Shown in pieces: positions 35,901-47,900 of a stretch of 64,000 bases of DNA; positions within the stretch are counted from its first letter, which is position 1; every line of letters starts with the position of its first letter. The DNA is taken from positions 620,001-684,000 of the forward strand of contig JAKMXF010000144.1 in NCBI GenBank assembly GCA_024704765.1, read 5' to 3'. The position numbers and the translations under genes are program-made. The stretch comes from Oopsacas minuta. Taxonomy: Eukaryota; Animalia; Porifera. The notes beneath the pieces are model-generated. The model ran no database searches, was not told where the DNA came from, and worked only from the letters and a program-made list of their open reading frames with translations.

Positions 35901-38900
35901 GTTGCGTATAATCTAGCACTAGCTAAATCAACTCCTGTATGCTCTAATGGTATAACATATGATATAACACCGCCTATAATACGGAGCATCAATGTTGTAC
36001 ATGCAAAGATTATCCCAGGCTTGGCTAAAATACAAGTAAACAGCTCTTTATATGAAGTTTGGCTCTTAGACGAGAATAGAGAGAGAAGAATGTTACGACA
36101 GAGCAATGTGTCACAAGAATGTATTGACAAAGCAACTCTAATAAATGACGTCATGATATTTCCTCCTTATACTATTAAGCTACGGAATAATACTGTAGTA
36201 GATGATATTGAACTGAGCGAAGAGGAAAGCTATTTCATTTGTCAATCAGTCAATGCTTATTCTAGTTTAAGTTATATGTATACTGTTCATGAGTTGGATG
36301 TAAGATGGGAAGGAGAAGATGCTGAGAGTCCAATTCACAACTACGAAGTTGGAGTTGCGGAAACTTCCTCGCAAGAAGCCGCGCCCGATTTGTTATCGTA
36401 TCATTCTACAGGGACAATAGAACAGTTTATATCTCACCATGTCAATACCATGAAGATGTTTTATATCTTTGTTAGAGCTATTAATAGAGCAATGCTTGAA
36501 ACTACTATTACGTTAGGTCCATTTATCGTCGACACTACAGCACCAGTGTATGACAATAGTGTTATAAGTGTTACTCTACAGGAAGTATTTATACTAGGGA
36601 ATTGGAGTAGTACTGCTTTTCAGGATTCTGATGAACCTCAACTATTAGCTTATGAAGTTGCACTTGGTAAGGATAAATACAAACTAAATATTAACTTTAT
36701 TCAATACGTATACATTTTTCGTCCAAGTACCCATTATCAATTTTCCTGAGCACCCCTCATAGATAACACCGCCTATCCGTCGACACCCAATTACGAGCCG
36801 TGAACGTCTTAATAATCCATATACACTCGCTCGGAGACATATAACTAGATATCTGATTTATAACAGAATTTACAGTTAACTAGCTCCCGTTATATCGAAG
36901 ACTGAAATTGTACAAATCTGGACCCTAACCTTCAAAGTAACATAATTTCATTGATTATATCAAAGTAATTAACGCTTTCGATATAACAGAGTTGACTGTA
37001 TTTGAATATTCAATCGTAAATATTTTAAATCAATTGAGTATGTTTGACGTTTATATTTTATGCTATACTTTTAGGTACTGAGAAAGGTCTAGAAGATGTA
37101 ATAGCATTCCAATACATAACAGTAGTAGCAGCATGTACAGGGTTCTGTACTGATTGTGTGTGTGCTGGGTTAGACACGAGACAGCTAGGAGATTTCCTAC
37201 ACAGTGATCACACATACTATCTCACGGTACGAGCTAGTAATGGTGCTGGGCTATTCGCAACAGGAAGTTCAGATGACTATACTCACGTAGCAGAGTTCCC
37301 AGACATTGGAGTTGTAATTGAAATAAATCCTGAATCAACCCATATTGATACTGCTGATTTTAAACAGATAGACGATGTTGATTTTCAGATCGGGACAACT
37401 GATATAGCTTGTAGATGGGATGGCTTTGAACATCCACACGTTGAAGTCACATATATGGTTGCCTTAGGAACTGCACCTGGCACAATTAACAATATAACCG
37501 CGTTTATATCAACAGGACAACACACTTCATACAAATTCATCAATCTATCACTAACAGAATATACGAAATACTACATCACTGTAATAGCTACGAATGTAAT
37601 AGGATCTGTGACTGCGTATTCAAATGGTGTAACTGTTGTGCCTCAAAACGCACCAATAATGAATACTGTGAACGTCTCTATTGGCCTTGGATGTGGTGTA
37701 GAGAACACTAATTATGTTCAGGATTCAGATTTCAGCCAATTGTACATGAATACAAGTTCTAGCCCTTGGAATATTACATCTGGTCAGGTTTTGAAGAACA
37801 CAAATTTTACATACGTCTACCTAGCTAACAATACAATGATAATGCAATCATTGACTTTATTGCAAGGGAATTTCTATACACTGGTAGTTAGTGTATCTCA
37901 GCTGGCGAATACTTCTGATAATGAGGTGACAATAACAGCTGATCCTATGACGACTCGTCAATTCACTCTCACACAAAACATGTCAATATCTTATTCCTGT
38001 GAATTCTTAGCAGATCTCAATACGGTAGAACTGACGATATTTTCACTCAATTCCGGTCTGCGTTTATCTAGCATATCAGTGAAGCAGTGTGTTGACAATA
38101 TAGAGTATCAGGTGTCTACGTCACAGGTAGCAGCTAGATGGCTCTTCCCTTCTTCCCTAGAGCCATTCATTACGTATTATGAATGGGCTGTCTTACATTC
38201 TAACGGAGACTACGTACAGCCTTATATTAACGTTGGTAAAGTGTATTCTGCTCAAAATCCTAAACTTGAACTAAGCAATGCTAATTCATATTACGTATCA
38301 GTACGCGCGTGTAGTCTCCAGATCAGCTGTTTCCAAGCTGTCAACTCTAATCTATTTAAAGTTATTTCCTACCCTCCTGTAACCGGCGATATAGACGCAA
38401 CATATGTAGCTGCTGAGTATGGAGGAATCCTGAATATTACTTGGGAGAGGTTTGAGAATCAAAACTCTACAGTTGATCTATACGAGTGGATCTATGGATT
38501 TGGGACTGATACTATCGAGTTTGCTCTTTCACCATGGACGCTAATAACTCAAAATGAGCTTCAGGATCTAACAATCATACGAAACCTCACTCTAGACCCG
38601 ACACAGTATTATTACGTATCAATTAAAGGCTACAATCTCGCTGGGCTTTCCACCATGGTAACAGAATTAGTACTGTTTAATAGTACAAAAGATGAAGGTG
38701 ATGTATACGTCATTGACATATTTCCTGAGAATTTCAGAGTGTTAGGCGTGGAAGATAGTTGGACTGATCCTAACAGGGCTTATACTAAGAATCAGACTGC
38801 ATTAGCAGCTGTTTGGCCCAAATTGATGAATACAAACTTTGATTACTGTTTTACAACAAAACCAACTGTACCTCCGTATAGTGAATGTATGGAGAAACCG

Positions 38901-41900
38901 GAGCTAAAGACGCCACATAATTCCGCTATTATTACAAATCTAATGCTAGATGAAGGAGTGAAATATTATTTCTGTATTTATACACAGAATGAGACTATTC
39001 CTTTTGGAGGAGGGGAACCGGTAGTCATTCCTGCTAGGAGTATCTGTAGTAATGGAATTGTATTTGATAACTCTGCTCCAGAACCAGGTATAGTACAGTG
39101 CTTATATTCATAGAATAAAGGAACTAAAATACTTGGACAATAGTGTATTTCTAATACAAATTTTTATACCAAAATTTCTTGTTTCTTTTTGATTTTTGCT
39201 ATAAAGCAAACATTTTATAGCCTAGTTAATATTAGTATATTTCTCCAGGTAAGGTATACATTGGCTTTGACTATGGTATGTCCTCTACACAATACCAAGT
39301 ATCCACAACAGATCTCCCAGTACGTTGGAATGGCTTCATGGATGAAGAAGAGACACGAGGAGATCATCACCATGGTATCGCCTATTACGAATATGCTATT
39401 GGTTCTACACCAAACGGAACAGATGTTGTTTCATTTCTAAACGTAGGATTCAATACTCATATCATCGCTACCAACTTAACACTAGTTAGCGGATTCACTT
39501 ATTATGCTACTGTATTCGCCTATGATTATGTGGGTCTCTCAATGTCTGCTATATCAGATGGAGTTACTATTGATAACACTCCACCCGTGGCCGGAATAGT
39601 AACAATTGGATATACTGACTTAGGACATTCTGACTATCTGTCTGAGATAAATGTACAGGCTCATTTCAAAGGATTTACGGATACAGAGAGTGGTGTTAAG
39701 GATGTTTATTGGGCTATTGGAACGGCCAAGGGACTGGCTGACATTAAAGGATTCGAAGAAGCTCAGGAATTGGATTTGGCCTACACTGAAGAGGCATTAA
39801 CTGATATTAAAGATGGCCAAACTATTTACGTTACAGCTAGGGTAATTGATACTTTCTTATTATTAGATTGGATACATTTTAAACGATTACGCCTTCTCCG
39901 TTACGAGCGTAATGAATCAGAACACTGAATTTTAGCACTGCGTTTTTCCCAATTCCTCAAAAATTCGATATTTTTACACTTTTTGATATTCAAAATTTCA
40001 AATTTTGCCGCTCGTAAGAAGTTAAGCGATAGACTTTGAACGCTAAAAATGGTTGTTTACAGAAAATTAATCATCGAAGTACTGCCAAATTATTTTATTT
40101 GTTATTGTTAATTCACCTAAAACTGCGCTATTGATTACTCTATATTAGGTCTTTAACGATGCTGGTCTGTACACACAAGCCTACTCTAATGGAACGATTA
40201 TAGACTCCAGCCCTCCTACCAGAGGCTTTGTGATAGACGGACTCGGTGAGGATATAGATTTCACAAAAGATTTACACACATTCTCTTCTCACTGGGATGG
40301 ATTCTTGGATCCACATTCTGACATTGTTGAGTATGAGTGGGCTATCGGAACTTGTGAAACCTGTTCAGATGTCAGAGCTTTCATTTCTACTGCACTTGTA
40401 CAGAGTGAGTTATTCATGATATATTTAATTGTGATAACTAGTACACATATATTAATAGAAGGATATACTGGTAGCTGTATATATCTCTAATAGAGGACAG
40501 TATATGATTCTACGTAGATAATAGTTGTTCAATCATTTTTACCAACTATTGCCTTCCCTACATACTCATCAAGCTCTCCAAACAGATCAATGTTCTGTCC
40601 TTGTAACACCTTAGCTATCTCTTTCTCTAAACACTCATTGCTACCGAGCATCCCCTTGATAACGTGAGCTGACCAGAGGAAGTACTCTTTCACTCTATCC
40701 TCCTCCCATCCTTCTGGTACCTGCTCCGCCAAGTCTCTCAGATTGTACAGTTTGTCTGCTAGCTTCACCAGTTTAGCTTTAGAACTCTTCTTAGGACTTT
40801 TTTTAATCTGATTCATCTTCCTCTCTAGCTTAGGTAGTGACTTATCATCAGAAACTTCATCCACCAGACATCTCACTTCTGCTCCGAATATTAACTCTAT
40901 CTCTTCTAATGTTGTGTCTGTGTCCTCAACAGTATCATGGAGTATAGCTGCCTACAAATTTATATAGCATTATCTTCAACAATATACATATTATTTATTA
41001 CAGCGAACTCTCGTTATAACAGAGTGCTCCCCCGGTTTCATTCTTTATAAGCGGTATTTCTTTGAAAACGGCAATTACTTTAAAGTTATAGAGGGCAGAG
41101 AACCACTTCGTTATATCCTACTTGGTTATAACAGGAGCTTAATGTAATTAATTACTTACATTTACAACATACTAATATACTAACATATCCATGGTCCTAT
41201 ATTCTATTACAAATTTACACTTTAAGAGTGCATCGAATTAATAAACGTAATTTTCCATAAAATATTATTTGTTGCTTTGATAGAATTAATCAAAGGCTGT
41301 AGAGTATTACTACATCTTCTGTATGTATCAACTAGCTTGATTGTCTACGATTTGCATACACATCTACAAGTTGAAACATATGCGTATTGACTATTTCAAT
41401 GGGAATATCTCTGACTTTAGGAAGTTCTTCTTTACTAGAATCTTGCTCCATATCTTCCTCACCAGCCGGATACGAATACGGATCATACCCGAGGGTCCTA
41501 GGGTCGTTTAACTCTGGTACATAAGTGAAATTAAGTCCTATATAGAATACAATTCCACAAATTATGAAGAATGGTATATAGGTTGGCACAGCGATTGCCC
41601 AGTATTTCTTTGGTATATATGTTATCCCGAGATCGTGTAGACTCTCATCTGGTACGTATGCCCATACAAGGTATGCTATCATTAATATGAAGGATGCTTG
41701 ATAAGCTACGAAGCCGTAAATAGCACGTGATGGTTTTGGAAATGGATTGCTCTCTGGTTCGATTCGAGGCATAGCGTGAACTTAATTAAATAAAGCTATA
41801 GTAGTGATTCTTATTATTAAGCCATAAAGCCAGTCTTAAAGAGTGGTTCAATATAAAGAATTATTCATGGATGTCTAGCTATTTGTAATTTACTTAGTTA

Positions 41901-44900
41901 GAACTGTTTATTATCAGCAAATATTATATTTATGTAAACAACTTTCTACACGTATGTAATTGGGTAAACTGACAAATTACGAAAATATGTTCTTACCTGG
42001 ATTACTGCAGGATCCGTGACTTTTCCCTCCTCTATAAGAATGTTAGCAACTCCAATAGGATGGTTTATATACGGGGTCTTTGCTGCATCTTTCCTACGTT
42101 GATCTTTGTGCTTTATTGCTGCGAAATTTGTCGCCTTTATTATGACACCAATACTGTTATCTTCTATATTTGCCATCTTATCTGTTATAAACTATGTAAT
42201 CACTACAACAACAATATAACTAGTCGTAATTGTTAATACCAATTATTTTAGGTACCTAATTAGTTGCATAGCCAATTTTGGCTAATACGTAAGCTTCATT
42301 GAAAGTTTATTCTAGAGGGTGGGAATAAATTTATTCACAAGTTTTGGAGCCTTTTTCTGGTCCCCGACGTATATCCAGGAAATACGGTATATAGTAAATA
42401 ACCGAAAGATATACACCTGCATCATTATCACCACATTTCCCAATCGGATGTTACAATCTCGTCGTGTTCCCTCATTATCATAGCTGCCATGGCCAGTTAT
42501 CGCTAGAAACAATTTTGACAGGTATAATTTGTATCACAAGCCATGTTACGCATCCATTTGTACTTATAATGATAGCGTTTTATTTACCTAAATATTCTTA
42601 TATTTATACTTCTCTAAAAACACATGATATAGACAAGTGATTCCTAATTCAAACAGCCTGACACTATTCTGATTATCTAAGTTCATTTAGAGATTTCTAA
42701 TCAGCGTTAGGTCCGTATAATGCCTATCCTCACACTCATAGACATGATAGTATTTTATGGATTCAATGGTTTCAATCATAAACAGCTCTACTGGAGACTA
42801 AATGGAGCTAATATTACAGGACATTAGCAAGTATTATTGAATTGTTTAGGTTACCAGATTGTGTTTATGCTAACCTTGCAAAAGTTGTACTGGTTCGTTC
42901 CATAATCACTGTAGTAACCAATCTAAAGTTGATCCGGTTGAAACTTGCCCAACCGGACCATCCCCTCGGCCATGTATATGATTTTCGCATTATTTCTCTT
43001 TTCAAAAGATATTAGCATTTTACGAGATTACTGTAATAATGCTTTATACTAAATATCTTGTCTTTGGGCTCGAAATAATATCAGTTTGTTCGTACTTAAA
43101 TTCTTTATTATTTATGACAGAATGCTAGTCAATATCTGTACAGATCTTGCCGGCATTACAGCAAGCTGTAACTGTGTGTATGTAGCAGAATATGAACCAC
43201 AAAATCTAATCTCTTCTACCCCAGTGTTACGGTCATATGGATTTAGAGCAGAGCGTTACGTCAGAGGTTCTGTTATTGTTAATATAGACCTCAGTAGTAT
43301 GAAAATACCATTCAGCATTGCTGCTATTGTAATGAGAGGAGCGATGAGAGAAAACACTAGTTTTGTAGCGGACGTTTTCGTCAGTGATGGAGATCTAGAA
43401 AAGTCTATTGGTCGATTATCATTCGGTGGTCCCAACCGCTCAAGTCCTATTGGTTCATTGGTTCGTGACAGAGGCGTGTGTGTATTTGATTTAGCATCAG
43501 TTGTTAGAGGTAGTTACATTAGCGAGGCATTGGTATTGAATAAAATATCACAAAGTGTGAATATGCAGAATACTTTCTTTATTAGGAGGACAGTTAAGGG
43601 TGTGTCTGTGAAGATGAATAATTTACGTGGCGGTATATCAGCTGGTCTACACTGGTTGGAGATATGGTCAGAGTGTAGGATGGAGCCTTACGTCATATCT
43701 CCTTCTCTCCCATCCTTATATACAGGGACTGAAATTAGAAACCTGTATTCTTCAAAAGAGGGTATAATTTCTACTCCACCCACCTCAAAAGTTGAGCCTA
43801 CCTGTGTACCTGAAGAAACACCTCATGAATTCATAGATCAGCTGACTTATGAGTTAATGAAGAACCCAGTCACCCTCCCATCTGGTAACACAGTAGATAT
43901 GGAGAGTATACGTAAGCTACTTAATCAGGATAAACCTCCAATAGATCCCTTTACTGGATTATCTCTTGGACAATTCACGCCAGTTACTAATATTATTTTA
44001 AGAGATAAAATTTCTAAGTTTAAATCTTCGAAATATGGAGCTAGTGAGATTGGGTATCCTCAATCTAACACCTGTGCTATACAACATAATACAGAGTTTA
44101 ATGGAACATTACCTCCCGAAATCTCTACACCAGTTGATCTGACAGAGATCCGTAAAAAGCGACTTGCCCATTTTCAAAACGATACAACTTTTACTAAAAG
44201 AAATAAAATTGAAAGACCCCATAGAGAGCTGTTACTCACGACACAACTACCCTTTGAATGTACAGTTGTAGAGCAGAAACCTAAGCACAATTCCGATACA
44301 ATAGATTTAACTATTTCAGAAGATTCTTCTTGATATCCAAATTTGAAATTTAATATTTACACTAATGGTTTAATTGATTTGTATCAATTTTATTTCTCAA
44401 CAAAATAATGTACATTTCTCGTTTTCTGTCACTCTCTGGCCATTATAGGACTAATCTGCCCACCATAATTCATAAGAAACGTAATTCTTTAAAGACAAGT
44501 TTGACTGTATTTCCTCTATTTACAGGTGCAGTAGTACAGAGCATCAGTCTAGAAACAGGAGTGAGGTACTACAGTTTAGTGAGAGCTTGTAACAAAGCAG
44601 GTCTCTGTGTTACAGCGAGTTCTGATGGATTCCTTGTAGACATATCTCCTCCTATTGCAGGGATTGTATGGGATGGATTCTCTGCTGTTGATCAGGACTT
44701 TCAATCTTATAGGTATATGCATTGTAAATTCTATACTACTGTAGCTGTACTCTATTTGTTTCGTAATTATCCAAAAAATCTAGTTTCCTTATACGGTATT
44801 AACAAACTTTGGCCTGAAATGAATGAGTGTTTGACACATTTATTTCTCTAGATGGGTAGTTGGAGCACATTGGTACGGATTCCATGATACAGAGAGTGGA

Positions 44901-47900
44901 ATACAGAAATTCGAATGGTGTGTAGGAACACAGCCTGGGGAGTGTGACATCAGGACATGGATGAATATATACAAATCTGAATACGCATTCTTAACATTGA
45001 GAGACACGAATACTTCAGTTGAACTACCTCTGAATACTATTATATACTCTACAGTTAAGATATACAATAATGTCGGTTTATCTGCACAGAGTTCATCTGA
45101 TGGTTTTCTCATCGACGATACTTTTCCATTCTTTACACAACAACCAACATTTAATCTTACCCTCGGCTCGATCGTACCAGGCACACAGATCTACAAAACT
45201 TATCTCAGAATAATGTGGAATTCTAATGACACTATTAGTCATGTTATTTCACATAGAGTAACAGTACATGCACATGTCAGCAATATATCAGCTGTTGCAG
45301 CGCAAAATATCGGTAATGAACAACAGGTGTTATTCTCAGAACTTGAGTTGGTGGATGGTGTAAGGTATTTTGTTAGAGTAACTGCTTGTGATCAGTCACA
45401 TTTATGTAACAGTTCGAGTTCAGACCTTTCTGTGCTAATAGACACAACACCACCCACTGTAGGCACCTTCGCATTTGACACATTCACATTACACAACCAA
45501 TTGAATCGTACCTTACCTGGTACAATGACCTGGGAGAATGTAAATGGTTTAGGTCAACTGCAGCTGGCATGGCTTGGTTTTGCAGATCCACATTCGGGTA
45601 TAAGTAATTACAGCATTATCGTAGGATCAGGATACACACAAGATGATTTGTCTGGAGGAATAATAGTAGTAGTGGATAACACAACCACTGAGAATGAGAT
45701 CCTACAGGCTACAATACAGCTCAATGCTGAACTCTCTACACACGATCCTAATAACGTTATATATATTTCTATATGGGCGCTGAATGGAGTAGGATTACGT
45801 AGTGAGACTAATCAGCTGAGCTTTCTAGTCACTCCATCAGCTGATTTACAAGATCAGGGTATCTTAGAACATCAGAGACTTGACTGTACAATTGCTAGTT
45901 TCTATCAAGAATGTACTTGTGCAGCTCTGAGGAGATTATGTGCTGCTAGGACCGGAAATGAGACAACTCAAGAGTGTCAACCTGTTACCAGTGATCCGTA
46001 CTTGAATATTTCTAATATTGTTAATTTCCATCGAATCAATGAAGACCATAACGCACTGGTAACACCATCATTAAGCCTACTGGCTGGTTCCTGGGCTTTC
46101 AATTCAGTAGGAACAGAGGTATTCACTCGCTATCAAATATCAGTTGGTAGAAAAGCAGGTCCTGGTGAGGGATTATTTAATATACAGACTGAGAATATTT
46201 GGTTTGATGTTGGTTTAGAGACATTCGCTTCTCTCTCACTCTCTGCTCTAAATAAAATATTGACATCTAACACAGATTATTCTTTCTATGTAAGAGCATG
46301 GGTTGACTATTCAACTTGCTATATATTCCAGTCACAGGTTATAAGAGTTGATATTACACCTCCTCAACTTGCTAATAGGTACAGACCAACTGACGTCATT
46401 AACAGTACCTCTACCACTGATATTGACTATCAGAGTTCTACAGATACAGTTATGTTCAATTGGAATAGAGTGTTCTTTGATGCTGAGAGTGGTCTTGATT
46501 ATTATGAAGTGAGTCTGGGGACAACTGAAGGAGGTGAGTCATACTATTTCGCGCTTTTAACATTTTTAATTCGTTTGTAATACTTTCGTAATTTTTCCAT
46601 GTTTGCTTAATTGTGAGTAGTACCATTATTTTCTATTGACGGAAACTTACTATTTTGCCATTAGATCATTCTTAATACAGTATACTCCCATTATACCAAG
46701 ACGGATATAACGAAACTCCCATTATAACGAAAACATTTCCTACTCTATAACTTGAAAGTAATTGATTTTACTCCGCTTATAACGAAATGCGAAATGCGAA
46801 ATGAAATCAGGGTCCCAAGTAATTCGTTATAACAGAAATTTCAAAATTTGATATCTTTATTCTAATCATATTCTAGGTAGTTCATTAAGTTACGGATTCA
46901 TAAGGCTAGCATCTACTGTAACGTTTTATGAGTTCACTGGTCTCTCCCTAACAGCAGGACGTAGATACTATAGTACTGTATGTGCTTATAATACTGTTGG
47001 ATTTCAAACATGTCTGTCAACAGACGGAGTCCTTATTGATACAGAGATACCTTTGGTGGGCGTGGTAACTGATGGAGTAACATTACATGATTTGAGGTAT
47101 CAAAACTTTACAACTTCTCTAGGGGGAAGATGGCATGGATTTGTAGATTTACATTCATTTATTCGTTATTATGAGTGGGCTATTGGTACTTCTCCTTATT
47201 CAGATTCTAATGATGACTTTAAAAACGTAATGACTTGGGAGAGAGCAGGGCTTAATTTAACAATGCGCAGAGAAGGACTTTCCTTACAACATAATACTAT
47301 GTATTACGTGACTGTGAGAGCAGTAGATGCAGCAGGATTCACTTCTGATGCTGTGTCTTCTAACGGAGTCTTAATAGACACTACATCCCCACAGTTAATG
47401 GAATGTGACCAGCTAATCCTAGAGGAGGATTTCGAAGCATTCACTTACAGATTAAATGATGAACTTCCTGTATTAGCATCGAATCAATCTATCCTCACAG
47501 AGCCAGTATACGACACTACTCCATGTACATGTAGATGCTCTACAGCTAGCCATACAGTTGTTCTAGATTTTCAATCTCATTGTTGCTGTGCGTGTGGAGT
47601 AATATCACTCAATACTGGTATACAACCGGGTATATTCCATACATCTTATGTAGATCAACAAGCTTATCTTCAGCAATTAACTCATTGCTGTTGTAGCTAT
47701 ACAAACACACAATTTGATGATGAATACCATGATTGTATATGTGACATAGAAGATATTACAGCTGATCAATTGGGAGGTTACGTTGTTATGGGTAACTGGG
47801 AGCTGAAGAATAATTCACTTTCTCAGACTCTATCTGACAGTCAGTTTATACCTAGATCAGGTGATAGAAGCTTCTTATTGAGAGATGCAATTATTACCAA

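Noticed and set aside
42312-42990. ORF 42312-42512(-) and an SRCR-like fragment (HGRGDGPV...[12 protein letters not shown]) on the minus strand
   Set aside because: Short, broken by stops and frame changes, and the cysteine pattern is incomplete; cannot be supported without a profile search.
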